Shown piece after piece: positions 30,614-40,336 of a stretch of 64,000 bases of DNA; the first letter of the stretch is position 1; the number at the start of each line of letters is the position of its first letter. The notes below the pieces were generated by a model. It was not told where the DNA came from, did not search any database, and worked only from the letters and a program-made list of their open reading frames with translations. A program made the translations under genes and the position numbers. The DNA is taken from the NCBI GenBank assembly GCA_965208575.1, contig CBDBOV010000004.1:160001-224000 (forward strand), written 5' to 3'. The stretch comes from Spirochaetia bacterium. GTDB lineage: Bacteria; Spirochaetota; Spirochaetia; SZUA-6; Bin103.

Positions 30614-32227
30614 GTGGGCCGTGCAGGCGTACCGGTACCCGGTCGCGCTCGCCCGCCGATCCAGGCCCGGCCACAGTTTGGGCCCGCCGGAGCGGCGGCG
30701 GCGCTCCTGGCGCTCCTGGGTGTCACGCTCGCCGGGGCGCAGTCGGCGGACGATCCGCTGCCGGCGGATCTGCTCGGCTCTGCCCGTTCCGCGTTCGCAC
30801 AGGGGGCGCACGACTCCGCGGCCGCCAGCCTGCGCCAACTGCGGCTGCTGTACCCCGCGTCGCCCCTGTTGGCGGAGTCGCTGGTGCTCGCCGCGCAGGT
30901 CGCCGAGACACAGGACAATCCGTTCCGCGAGCGGTTTCTCCTCACCGAAGCGCGGCAAGCGGTACGCGGACTCTCGGCATCCGGATTGCTGGCGGACGGC
31001 GAGGCGGTCGCACTGCGCCTGCGCATAGCGCAGCGGCTGGGCACGCTCCTGGAGCAGGAACGGGAGTACGAAGCGGCGCTGCGCAACTACGCGGAAGGTA
31101 TCGCCCTGTTGGGAGTGCGTGCCCGGTCGGCGGCGTCGCCGGCCGAGCGCCGGGACCTCGCTCACATGCGGCTGGCGGCAGCGCGCTTGAGCCACCGGTA
31201 CGGCGTCGGAGCCAGCGGCGATGCCGAACGATTCTTCGATCAGATAGACCCTGCGCAGCTCACCGGGGCAGCGATCGAAGCATACCGCGAGTTGGCTCGC
31301 GCCCTGATGTGGAGCTATCTCACGCCGCGCGAGCTTGGCTTGAACGATGCCAACATATCGGCGATCGCCACCGATGGCGACGACGTGTGGGTGGGAAGTT
31401 GGACCGGTGGTCTTGCTCGCTATACCCACTCCACCGGTCAGCGCACCGTGTTTCGCGACGGGCCGCGGTCGCTGCTGTCGTTGCGCGTGCGCGACATCGC
31501 GACGGTGGATGAATACATCTGGGTCGGCACCGACCGCGGACTGTCGGTGTACGCGCTCGCGAGCAGCCGCTGGCGCCACGAATTGACCCTGGGCGATGAG
31601 CACGAGCCGGTGGCGCTCGCGGCGATCGCCAGTATCGGCGACACGGTGTTTGCCGGCACGCTCGGGCAAGGGTTGTGGCGCGACGACGGCTCCGGCTGGC
31701 AGGCGATGGAAGGGGCGCTGCCGGGACAGTTCATCACGGCCTTGCAGGTGGTGGGCGATACGCTGTGGATCGGGACGATTGATCTCGGCCTGGTAGTTCT
31801 CGACCTGGCGAGCGGCGCCGTGCGCAGCTTCGATGAGATCAATTCCGGCCTCGGGCCGCGCAACGTCACCGCCATCGTGCCGGCCGCCGACGGCGCGCTG
31901 TGGGTCACCACCTTCGGTTCCGGCGTGTACCGGTGGCAGCCGGGCCCCAATCGCGTCACCCACTTCAGCGTCGCCAGCGGCGACCTTCCGGACGACTGGG
32001 TGCTGTCCGGGGCGGCGGGCGACAACGGCATGTACTTCGGCACGTTCGGGGGCGGCGTTGCGCGCTTCGCGCAGCCGGGCGGCACGTGGTCGATCATCAG
32101 CCTCGCGCATGGGCTGCCATCGCTCAACGTGGCGGTGGTGACGGCGGCCCGCGGCACCGTCTACTTCGGGACGCTCGGCGGCGGCGTGGCCGTGCTTTCG
32201 GAACGCCGCAGCGTGCATGGCTTGTAG
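30614..32227 (+). CDS. Exported protein: helical TPR-like N-terminus plus beta-propeller (Reg_prop-like repeats)
   Basis: Signal-like AAALLALLGVTLAGA-QS; repeats VWVGSWTGGL, IWVGTDRGL, VFAGTLGQGL, LWIGTIDLGL, LWVTTFGSGV, MYFGTFGGGV, VYFGTLGGGV. Confidence 0.75.
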   Translation: MGRAGVPVPGRARPPIQARPQFGPAGAAAALLALLGVTLAGAQSADDPLPADLLGSARSAFAQGAHDSAAASLRQLRLLYPASPLLAESLVLAAQVAETQDNPFRERFLLTEARQAVRGLSASGLLADGEAVALRLRIAQRLGTLLEQEREYEAALRNYAEGIALLGVRARSAASPAERRDLAHMRLAAARLSHRYGVGASGDAERFFDQIDPAQLTGAAIEAYRELARALMWSYLTPRELGLNDANISAIATDGDDVWVGSWTGGLARYTHSTGQRTVFRDGPRSLLSLRVRDIATVDEYIWVGTDRGLSVYALASSRWRHELTLGDEHEPVALAAIASIGDTVFAGTLGQGLWRDDGSGWQAMEGALPGQFITALQVVGDTLWIGTIDLGLVVLDLASGAVRSFDEINSGLGPRNVTAIVPAADGALWVTTFGSGVYRWQPGPNRVTHFSVASGDLPDDWVLSGAAGDNGMYFGTFGGGVARFAQPGGTWSIISLAHGLPSLNVAVVTAARGTVYFGTLGGGVAVLSERRSVHGL

Positions 32228-32267
32228 CCGCGCGCATGGCTTGTAGCCGCGTGCACGGCTTGTAACC
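32211..32267. repeat. 19-bp tandem repeat x3
   Basis: GCGTGCATGGCTTGTAGCC / GCGCGCATGGCTTGTAGCC / GCGTGCACGGCTTGTAACC. Confidence 0.9.
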
Positions 32268-32271
32268 GCGC

Positions 32272-33594
32272 ATGGCAGAACTCCGGCGGCATTCGGGCAT
32301 GCGGGGCAGCAGACTGCTGATGCGCTACGTGGCGCGCGAGTTTGTCCTCTGGTTCGTCGCGGCGTTCCTGTTCTTCTTCTCGATTTTCTTCGTGAACGTG
32401 TTGCTGGTCACGGCAACCGACATCATGGCCAAGCAGGTTCCGATCGAGGACGTGGTACGTCTGCTGACCTTTTCGCTCCCACAGATCGTCCATCTGTCGT
32501 TCCCGTTTGCCACACTGCTCGCCGCGCTGCTCGCCCTCGGCCGGCTGAGCGGCGACCGTGAGTTGGTCGCGGTACAGGCACTCGGCATTCCATTGTCGCG
32601 CGGGCTTGCGCCGATCGTCGGATTCGGCATGCTGTTCGCCGGCATGTCGTTTGTCACCAACGACATGCTGTTGCCGGCGAGCACCATCGAATTCAACCGC
32701 GTGTACCGGAGCATCATCTACCGCAACCCGGGCCTGGAGCTGGAGGCCGACAGCGTCAAGCAGTTCGAGGATACCGCGATCGTCACCGGGGAGCTGACCG
32801 GCGAGGTGTTGCGCGACGTGACCATCATGGACCGCGACTCTTCCGGGGAATTGCGTGTGATCACCGCGAGCGATCTGCGCCTGGTCGACAGCGGACAGCA
32901 GACGGGCGTGATCACCCTGCGGCTCGGCAATGTCCTGACGCACGTAAGCGGCTCTGAACCCGGCGACTTCGAGTATATCAGCGCCGACATCCTGGACTAC
33001 CAGATCGTACTGCCGGAAATCGTCGAAGCGCTGGTAGACATCGGACCCGGAGAACAGAGTTCGCGAGACGTATGGCAGTCGATCACCGAGTTGCGCGGAG
33101 ACTGGCAGCGGGAGCGCAGCCGGATCCGCAGCGGACTGGCATATGCGCTGTGGGTCGATCTGGCCGCGATTGCCGACGGCGGGGAGCTTCCTGCGCAGGA
33201 TCAACGGATGGCGTGGTTGGGGGAGCAGCGCGAGCGCCTGGCGGACGGGCTCGGCAAGTTGATCGACGCGGATGGCGAACATCATGGCCGCGATCTGCGC
33301 AACCACCTGTTCGAGTTTCACAAGAAGCTCGCCGTGCCCTCCGGTTGCTTGGTGTTCACGCTGTTCGCGATTCCCGCCGGCCTGCTGGTGCCGCGCAGCG
33401 GTCGCGCCTACGGCTTGCTGGTCGGGATGGCGGTGCTGGTCATTTACTGGGCGTTGCTGGTGTCTGCCCACAGCGGCGGGCTCCGATTCCGGCTGCCTCC
33501 GGCGGTCGCCGTGTGGACACCCAACCTGTTCGTACTGTCGCTCTCCGTGGCAATGTGGGGCATGAGACGTTGGCGGCGCGGCTTCAACGCCTGA
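32272..33594 (+). CDS. lptF: LptF/LptG (YjgP/YjgQ) family permease
   Basis: RYVAREF, LPQIVHLSFPFATLLA..GRLSGDRELVA..LGI, EFHKKLAVP, WTPN. Confidence 0.85.
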   Translation: MAELRRHSGMRGSRLLMRYVAREFVLWFVAAFLFFFSIFFVNVLLVTATDIMAKQVPIEDVVRLLTFSLPQIVHLSFPFATLLAALLALGRLSGDRELVAVQALGIPLSRGLAPIVGFGMLFAGMSFVTNDMLLPASTIEFNRVYRSIIYRNPGLELEADSVKQFEDTAIVTGELTGEVLRDVTIMDRDSSGELRVITASDLRLVDSGQQTGVITLRLGNVLTHVSGSEPGDFEYISADILDYQIVLPEIVEALVDIGPGEQSSRDVWQSITELRGDWQRERSRIRSGLAYALWVDLAAIADGGELPAQDQRMAWLGEQRERLADGLGKLIDADGEHHGRDLRNHLFEFHKKLAVPSGCLVFTLFAIPAGLLVPRSGRAYGLLVGMAVLVIYWALLVSAHSGGLRFRLPPAVAVWTPNLFVLSLSVAMWGMRRWRRGFNA

Positions 33595-34658
33595 TCCTCG
33601 CATCGCTGCTGCCGGTGTTCGGGATTGCAGTGCTGTTTTTCGTATTGATCATCGAACTCGCGGACGTCTCGCCGCAACTCTACCGCTACGTTGCATCGGG
33701 CGTCGGCCCGGACGTCGTGGCGCGGATCATCCTGCTCTATCTGCCCACCTGCGTGGTGTTTGCGGTTCCGCTTGCGCTGCTGTTCTCGGTCGCCTACACG
33801 CTCGGCTCATACTATGCGCGCAATGAATTGGTCGCCATGTTCGGCGCCGGGGTCAGTCTGCGGCGCCTCATTGCCCCGCTGGTCGGCGCCGGCTGCTTGC
33901 TGAGCGTGGGCTTGTTCCTGTTCAACGACGCGGTGGCGATCGATACGCTGCGCAAAAAGAATCAGTTGCATCGCACCGCATTGGGCATTCAGCTTCGCCT
34001 CGACAACTTCGATGTGACGGTGACGAGCGCCACCGGCCGTATCGTGTATCACGCGACCAGGTACGACGATGAGACCCAGGAGCTGACCGACGTGGTTGTG
34101 GTAGAGCGTGACGCTGACGGCGGCATGGTGCAGCGCATCGACGCGGAACGCGGGCGTTGGGACGGCGACCGATGGCAATTCGAGGATCTGCGCCTGTTTC
34201 GCTGGCAGGACACTCCGCAGGGCCGGGTAATGGTCGAGGAGCAGATGGCCAGCCTGTCACTTGCCGGCGTCGGCGATGGACCGGCGACGTTTCGGCGAGG
34301 AAATCGTGAGGTGTCGGAAATGCGCTACCTTGACGCCATGGATTGGGTCGCGACATTGCGCCGCGCGGGACGCGACTATCGCGCACCCCTGACCGAGGCG
34401 TACGGCAAGATCGGCTTCGCGGTTACCCCGCTGGCGGTCTGCCTCATCGCGGCAACGGTGGGCGGGTTGCTGCGCCGCAACATCATGCTCATGAGCCTGC
34501 TGCTGTCGCTGGGCATTGCCGTGGTGTTCTACGTGCTGCGTCTCGCCGGCGAGATCCTGGCGGAAAACGGCCTGGTTGCGCCGGAGGTCGGCGCATTTGC
34601 CGGCGTGTTGCTGTTTCTCCTTGCCGGTTTGCTGCTGTTGCAGATGGCGCGTACCTGA
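33570..34658 (+). CDS. lptG: LptF/LptG family permease
   Basis: TTG start probable; YLPTCVVFAVPLALLFS, RNELVAMFGAGVS, RIDAERGRWDGDRW, C-terminal TMs. Confidence 0.83.
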   Translation: MAARLQRLILASLLPVFGIAVLFFVLIIELADVSPQLYRYVASGVGPDVVARIILLYLPTCVVFAVPLALLFSVAYTLGSYYARNELVAMFGAGVSLRRLIAPLVGAGCLLSVGLFLFNDAVAIDTLRKKNQLHRTALGIQLRLDNFDVTVTSATGRIVYHATRYDDETQELTDVVVVERDADGGMVQRIDAERGRWDGDRWQFEDLRLFRWQDTPQGRVMVEEQMASLSLAGVGDGPATFRRGNREVSEMRYLDAMDWVATLRRAGRDYRAPLTEAYGKIGFAVTPLAVCLIAATVGGLLRRNIMLMSLLLSLGIAVVFYVLRLAGEILAENGLVAPEVGAFAGVLLFLLAGLLLLQMART

Positions 34659-34668
34659 GCCTGCCATC

Positions 34669-35814
34669 GTGCGGTTTGCAATCGATCGGATCGACCCGCA
34701 CAGCGCCGCCCGCGGCGGGCGTATGGAACTCGCCACCGCGGCGATGCGCACCCCGGTGTTCATGCCCGTGGCGACGAGCGCATCGCTGAAGGGGCTGTGG
34801 CCGGACGACCTCGCGTCGCTTGGCTACCGGATCGTGTTGAGCAATACCTACCACCTGTACGTGCGTCCGGGGATCCCGCGCATTCGCCGGGCGGGTGGCC
34901 TGCGTCGGTTCATGGCATGGGACGGTGCCATTCTGACCGACTCCGGTGGCTTCCAGGTGTTTTCCCTCGCAACCCTGCGCACGGTGGAGGAGGGAGGGGT
35001 GCGGTTCCGCTCGCATCTTGACGGCGCGCCGCTGCTGTTCACGCCCGATGGCGTGGTGGCCAGCCAGCTCGCGCTCGGCAGTGACATTCTGATGCCGCTC
35101 GACGTATGCACCGATGCGGCCGCGGGCCGCGGCGAGGCCGAGCGCGCCGCGGAGCTGACCTACCGGTGGGCGGCGGCAAGCAGGGCGGCGTGGCTTGCCG
35201 CGCGCGAGTCGCCGGACGCGGAGCAACGGACCGGATCGTTGTTCGGCATCGTCCAGGGCCACTTTCACGCCGATCTTCGCCGCCGCTCCGCCGAGCAGCT
35301 CGGCTCATTGGACCTGCCGGGCTACGCGGTCGGCGGCCTGTCCGTCGGGGAGAGCCGCAGCCGGTTCCTGGAGTTTCTCGCCCTGTCCGTGCCGTTGTTG
35401 CCGGCCGACCGTCCACGCTATGTCATGGGCGTGGGGAGCCCCGACTATGCCATCGAGGCGGTGGCTGCGGGCGCCGACATGTTCGATTGCGTATATCCGA
35501 CGCGGGTCGCGCGCAATGCCCGCGCTCTGACCGGAGCCGGGCCGTTGTCGTTGCGCGCCGCCCGCGTCGGCATGAGCGACGAACCGATCGATCCCGCCTG
35601 CCACTGCCGGGTGTGCCGCCGCTTCAGCCGCGGCTACCTGCGCCACTTGTTCAACCAGCGGGAGATCATGGCCGCCGTGTTGACCACGTACCACAATCTG
35701 GCCTTCATGGCTCGATTGATGGAGGAAGCCCGCACCGCCATTGGCAACGGTACGTTCGCGTCGTTCCGGCGCCGCTTTCTGGCCGACTACCTGCAGGGGG
35801 AAGGCCACGGATAG
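34669..35814 (+). CDS. tgt: tRNA-guanine transglycosylase
   Basis: TPVFMPV, NTYHL, LTDSGGFQVFSL, FGIVQG, GGLSVGE, RYVMGVG, DMFDCVYPTR, Zn site CHCRVC...HNL. Confidence 0.97.
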   Translation: MRFAIDRIDPHSAARGGRMELATAAMRTPVFMPVATSASLKGLWPDDLASLGYRIVLSNTYHLYVRPGIPRIRRAGGLRRFMAWDGAILTDSGGFQVFSLATLRTVEEGGVRFRSHLDGAPLLFTPDGVVASQLALGSDILMPLDVCTDAAAGRGEAERAAELTYRWAAASRAAWLAARESPDAEQRTGSLFGIVQGHFHADLRRRSAEQLGSLDLPGYAVGGLSVGESRSRFLEFLALSVPLLPADRPRYVMGVGSPDYAIEAVAAGADMFDCVYPTRVARNARALTGAGPLSLRAARVGMSDEPIDPACHCRVCRRFSRGYLRHLFNQREIMAAVLTTYHNLAFMARLMEEARTAIGNGTFASFRRRFLADYLQGEGHG

Positions 35815-37342
35815 CTCGCGCCGCGCGGTTGTTGCGCTCATGGTGTGCACCGCCGCCTCGCGCGTCCTCGGCTTCGTGCGCGTCGCGGTGATCGGCGCCG
35901 TGTTCGGCGCCGCCGGAGTAGCCGACGTGCTCAACGCGGTGTACATGATTCCCAACAACCTGCGCAAGCTGCTCGCCGAGGGGGCGCTGTCCGCGGCGCT
36001 GATTCCGGAGCTGGCGCGGGCACTGGAGCGCGGGCGCAACGCGACGGAGCGCGACGCCCGCGTCCTGATTCGCCGCGTGCTGACCCTGGTGACCGTGACG
36101 GTCCTGGCCGTCGTTGCGCTGGCCGTGCTGTTTGCCCGCCCCGTGGTGGGCGTGGTGCTGAGCTTCCCGGAAGCGTGGAAAATGGCGTTGGCCGTCGAGC
36201 TGTTTCGGCTGGTGTTTCCCTACCTGTTGCTGGTCAGCGTGGGAGCGGTCCTGATGGCAGTCCTCAACTGCCATGACCGGTTCGTGGTTCCGGCTCTCGC
36301 GCCGCTGTTGTTCTCGGTCAACGTAATCGCCGCCATTCTGCTCTTCTATCGCCACTGGGGCTTGCTCGCTGCCGGCGTCGGCATCCTGGCCGGGGGAATC
36401 GGAGGGGTAGTGGGCCAGTTGCCGCTGTTCTTTCGGCGCGGTTACGACCTGCGTCCCGACTGGCGCTGGTCCGATCCGCGGGTGCGCCGCATCGTGCGCC
36501 AGTGGGTGCCGGTGGTGGCATCGGCGTCGATCTTCGCCATCACCCAGCAGGTGGCGCTGATACTCGCCTCCGGGCTGGAAGATGGCAGTACGTCGGCGCT
36601 GGCCAACGCGCTGGTGTTCTGGCAGCTCCCGTTCGGCATCCTGTCGGTGTCGGTCGTAACCGCACACTTTCCCCGCATGAGCCGGCACGCCGCGGCCGGC
36701 GATGTCGCGGCCCTCCGCAACGCCTTTGCCAGCGCCCTCCGGCTGATTGTCGCCCTCATGGTACCGCCCGCCGTGTTTTACCTGTTCTTCGGTGAGCAGG
36801 TCATCCAGGTCGCGCTCGAGCGGATGACGTTCACCGCGAGCGGGACGCGGCTCGCGGGCCGCGTGCTCGCCGGCTATGCGGCAGGGTTGTTGAGCGTGGC
36901 GTTGTTCAATTTCGCGCAACGCTACTTCTACGCCATCTCCGACTACCGCACGCCGTTCCTGGCCGCCCTCGCGGTGGCCGCGATCGATGTTCCACTGGCG
37001 ATCATCCTGAAGGAAACCGGTCTCCGCGTGGCCGGCTTGGCGGTCGCCAACTCGATCGCATTCTCGGCCGGTGCCGTACTGTTGCTGGCGGCCGCCAGAA
37101 AACGCCTGCATCGGTTGGCCGGCGAGCGCGCGGCGAACTATGGCGTCCGCGTGCTCACCGCCAATGTCGTGTTGGCGCTGCTGCTGGCGGGAGTGGCTGC
37201 GGTTACCGCCGCCTGGTGGCAGGCGGGCAGCACGTGGCAGAATGCCGCCTTGATCTCCTCGGTCGGTGTTGTTGCGGTGGCCGCAACCTTGGCGCTCTAC
37301 CGGATCCTGCGGTTGGCATGGTGGCAACCCGGCGGAGCGTGA
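35807..37342 (+). CDS. murJ: Lipid II flippase MurJ (start ACG 35807 or ATG 35840)
   Basis: SRVLGFVR, IPNNLRKLLAEGALSAALIP, LFRLVFPY, QLPFGILSVSV, YFYAISDYRTP. Confidence 0.94.
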   Translation, partial: TDSSRRAVVALMVCTAASRVLGFVRVAVIGAVFGAAGVADVLNAVYMIPNNLRKLLAEGALSAALIPELARALERGRNATERDARVLIRRVLTLVTVTVLAVVALAVLFARPVVGVVLSFPEAWKMALAVELFRLVFPYLLLVSVGAVLMAVLNCHDRFVVPALAPLLFSVNVIAAILLFYRHWGLLAAGVGILAGGIGGVVGQLPLFFRRGYDLRPDWRWSDPRVRRIVRQWVPVVASASIFAITQQVALILASGLEDGSTSALANALVFWQLPFGILSVSVVTAHFPRMSRHAAAGDVAALRNAFASALRLIVALMVPPAVFYLFFGEQVIQVALERMTFTASGTRLAGRVLAGYAAGLLSVALFNFAQRYFYAISDYRTPFLAALAVAAIDVPLAIILKETGLRVAGLAVANSIAFSAGAVLLLAAARKRLHRLAGERAANYGVRVLTANVVLALLLAGVAAVTAAWWQAGSTWQNAALISSVGVVAVAATLALYRILRLAWWQPGGA

Positions 37343-37355
37343 CCCGCCGCCGCCG

Positions 37356-40061
37356 CTAGCCGCCGGCCCCCACCGGATCGAGTTGCGCAATCTTGTCGAT
37401 GCTGTCGATGCGATAGCGAAAGTCCTTGTTGTTGATCGTGAACTGGAGTTCGTCGTTGGCGCGGTGATTCCACAACTCGGCGCCGAGTGGCGACAAGTAG
37501 GAAATGATGTTGCGGTTGGGATCAGACTCCCACGGGCCAAGAATCAGGTATTGCTCGGTCGCGTTGCTCTCCATGTTGGTGAGCTTGACCCGGGTGCCGA
37601 ACGAGATCACTGCGTCATTGGCCTCGGCGAGATCGAAGATCTGCGCGTTCTGCAGGTCTTCCTGCAGTCGAGACACCGAATTCTTCAGTTGTTCCTGTTT
37701 CTCCAGAGCGGCCTTGTACTCGGCGTTCTCGCGCAGGTCGCCCTTCTGCAGTGCGAGTCCAATCTCTTTCGAGTTCTCCGGTATCTCGACTTCAAGTATG
37801 TCGCGCAACTCGCGCTGTCGTCCCTCGTATCCGGCGCGCGTGACAAGCAAGCCGAGACGGACAGTCTCCTTCTCGGCGTCGTCAGCGAAACGGTACGCCG
37901 GAAACCGCTCCTTGATCTGTTGGCGGAGGCGTAGTTTGATCGACGGATCGAGATCCTTGACGTCTTCGACGAGCGTGTAGATTCGCGTTATGGACTCCTC
38001 GCTGGCCGTAGCGATGAAGTCGTCGAGCTGGTGTTCCTTGAACAGATAGTCGGCGATCTGCCGGTTCAGCTTGCGGTTGACTTGCGGGTCTCGCTTGTTG
38101 CCAATGTCGCGGTACGTGAGATCGAGCAGGTGGATCATCCCGATCAACACCTTTTCCTGGCGTACATCGTGCTTGGCGAGCCATCCGGTGTCGTCCTCGT
38201 TACGCACCAGCCATACGAACGGTAGACGATAGTCGCGGTAGTCATCAATGATATCGGAAACCAGCCGAGACACCACGTCGGCGTGCTCCGGCGAGACCAG
38301 CGTGTCGACAATCTGACGGAGCGGATGAAACAGAAAGACACGCGCGTAGACATGCGGCCAAGCGCCGATATCATTGCGCACATGAGTAAGAAAGTCCCTT
38401 GCGAGTCCGGCACTATCGAGCGCCGTAAAGACAAATTCAAGGTCGTCAATGTCGGCGAACTGATCGGGGAATGAGACGCGCACGTTGGGATCGAGATAGG
38501 GATAATCGCGATTCATCCGCTCCACGATCAGCAGGCTGGCGATGCTGTTCTCGATCTGGCCCGACGACGCTTTCAGAAAGCCAGCGAAGTACTGGTACAT
38601 GTCGCCGAGGTATTCGGAGTCGGGCTGGGCGAGGTCGAGAAATTCGTGCAGGGTCTGTACGCGGCTCAGGAAGGTCTTGGCGGAGCGAAACTTGTTGAAC
38701 GTCTTTTCCTCGAAGGAAATCGGTCGATCGCGCACCGAGTAAATGTCCAGCTTGCCCGGCGGACTGCCGAATATCGAGTCGGTCTTCAGGATACGCCGCG
38801 CCGTGGTACTCCACTTGGTCCACTCGCTGGGCGTCAGGATGCGCGGCACAAGCTCGGCCTTGATGCGCTTCATGTCGGCCGCGTTGTCGAAACTCTTGAT
38901 GATGGTACGCAACGCCCACACCGGATCGGCCTTTACCCGGTCCTTGATCTGGTCACGGGGCACGGTCGCGCGAATCACCCAGAAATGGTCGTTGGCCAGG
39001 ATGTGGAGTGCGCTCACGGCCATTTTCAGCGACATTCTATGGCCGCGCTTCTTGAGAAAGTCGATCACGAATTGATCGTCCTTGATTGACTTGATCCGAC
39101 CGAGACCCCAGGCGCGATGAAACACGTAGTGGCCCTCGTCGAAACTGATATGCTTTTCGAAGTCGGCGATCGCTTCGTGCACGTTGCGCCAGGACTGGCT
39201 CAGATTGGAAATCTTGATATAGTCATCGAGATGGCTGTGCCCGGCGTGTCGGTTGGAGTAGACGTCGACAAGTTCGGCGCGCGCACCGTTATTCTTGGGA
39301 TCGTGGTATAGGATACGTTTCAATATCGCCACCGAGGCATCCCAGTTCTCGTCCTCGCGAAAGTGCGGATACAAGACCTCGAGAAGCGAAATTGCCCGAT
39401 CGCCGCCGAGCGCGCGTGCCACTCTTGCCTCGATCTGCATCAAGCCTTCGAGGTCGTCGGGCTGAAGCTCGATGATCTTGCCCCAAACCTGCTTGATGGG
39501 GGAATGCTGGCGGCGATTGATATAGCGATGAAGGGCCTTCTTGTAATACGAGAGAGCACCGTCCAGGTCGCTTTCTTCCTCGCTCTTTTCGGCCAGCGCA
39601 CGTGCCGTATCGGCATCTTCGAAGTCGACCTTTATGAGACGCTCCCAAACCTCGTATTGTTGCTCCTTATCACCTGTCTTGTCGTAGGTATCAGCCAACG
39701 TACGCAGCGCGAACTTGTTTTCGCCGTGCGCCAATATGCCGGTGCACAGGTATTGCACAATGTTCCACTTGGCGCTGTCCACGAACATGTTCGTCAACAC
39801 TACCAGGTTGGAGTCGTCGACGATCCGTCTCCCCAAGGTCAGCGTGCCGGCAAGGTACAACGCGATTATGCTGTCCCGACTGACCTGCAAATGGTCTTCG
39901 CAGATGCCCTGAACTTCATTCTGGACATCCTGCTCCTTGGCCTCGCGCAAGAGTTCGTCGAGTTCGTGGAAGTTGGAGGTGGTGTAGCCGGTCAACGAGG
40001 CTCGCGTCCACTTCTCCTCATTGAGCATCTCTTCGATACGATCGATAAGTGATTCTGTCAT
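37356..40061 (-). CDS. greA: Spirochaete-type long transcription elongation factor GreA
   Basis: C-terminal EIPENSKEI..A..GDLRENAEYKAA, ILGPWESDP, ISYLSPLG; ~740-aa N-terminal helical extension beginning LNEEKWTR. Confidence 0.92.
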   Translation of the reverse strand: MTESLIDRIEEMLNEEKWTRASLTGYTTSNFHELDELLREAKEQDVQNEVQGICEDHLQVSRDSIIALYLAGTLTLGRRIVDDSNLVVLTNMFVDSAKWNIVQYLCTGILAHGENKFALRTLADTYDKTGDKEQQYEVWERLIKVDFEDADTARALAEKSEEESDLDGALSYYKKALHRYINRRQHSPIKQVWGKIIELQPDDLEGLMQIEARVARALGGDRAISLLEVLYPHFREDENWDASVAILKRILYHDPKNNGARAELVDVYSNRHAGHSHLDDYIKISNLSQSWRNVHEAIADFEKHISFDEGHYVFHRAWGLGRIKSIKDDQFVIDFLKKRGHRMSLKMAVSALHILANDHFWVIRATVPRDQIKDRVKADPVWALRTIIKSFDNAADMKRIKAELVPRILTPSEWTKWSTTARRILKTDSIFGSPPGKLDIYSVRDRPISFEEKTFNKFRSAKTFLSRVQTLHEFLDLAQPDSEYLGDMYQYFAGFLKASSGQIENSIASLLIVERMNRDYPYLDPNVRVSFPDQFADIDDLEFVFTALDSAGLARDFLTHVRNDIGAWPHVYARVFLFHPLRQIVDTLVSPEHADVVSRLVSDIIDDYRDYRLPFVWLVRNEDDTGWLAKHDVRQEKVLIGMIHLLDLTYRDIGNKRDPQVNRKLNRQIADYLFKEHQLDDFIATASEESITRIYTLVEDVKDLDPSIKLRLRQQIKERFPAYRFADDAEKETVRLGLLVTRAGYEGRQRELRDILEVEIPENSKEIGLALQKGDLRENAEYKAALEKQEQLKNSVSRLQEDLQNAQIFDLAEANDAVISFGTRVKLTNMESNATEQYLILGPWESDPNRNIISYLSPLGAELWNHRANDELQFTINNKDFRYRIDSIDKIAQLDPVGAGG

Positions 40062-40336
40062 TCTTCGTTACTCCGCATATTCTCGATTCTCGTCACATTC
40101 GATGCGCCAACCGCGTACCGGAGTCGTCGGCGCCGCTCGCCCCAGAACCGGACACTCTTGAGGGTAGCGGTGATGCCCTCGTACTCTACGTCGAGTTCAA
40201 GGGCGCGTTCCAACACTTTGGCTGCATCCCCGAACGCGCCGATCCTGAGCTTCCCATACGCGCTGTTGACCAGATGCGCGATGTCATTCGTTACGAGGGT
40301 GAGCTGGCGGTCGGGCATTGCGGGAATGGCGTACAA
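40058..40336 (-). CDS. Short TPR-like protein, probably a truncated remnant of the TPR gene upstream of greA
   Basis: Single TPR-like hairpin AYGKLRIGAFGDAAKVLERALELDVEY...LKSVRFW; ATGA overlap with greA; upstream TATACT (40341-46, minus strand). Confidence 0.55.
   Translation of the reverse strand: MYAIPAMPDRQLTLVTNDIAHLVNSAYGKLRIGAFGDAAKVLERALELDVEYEGITATLKSVRFWGERRRRLRYAVGASNVTRIENMRSNEE

Noticed and set aside
29303-32218. Long antisense/alternate-frame ORFs (971 aa here; also 7483-9651, 35705-37540, 54922-56826, 57803-59719)
   Set aside because: Shadow ORFs of high-GC coding DNA opposite well-supported genes; no recognisable motifs.
32211-32267. CRISPR array
   Set aside because: Repeats are contiguous with no spacers, and there are no cas genes.
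2308-35814. queA + tgt as a 7-deazaguanine DNA-modification system
   Set aside because: Both are canonical tRNA queuosine enzymes in usual housekeeping contexts; no dpd genes.
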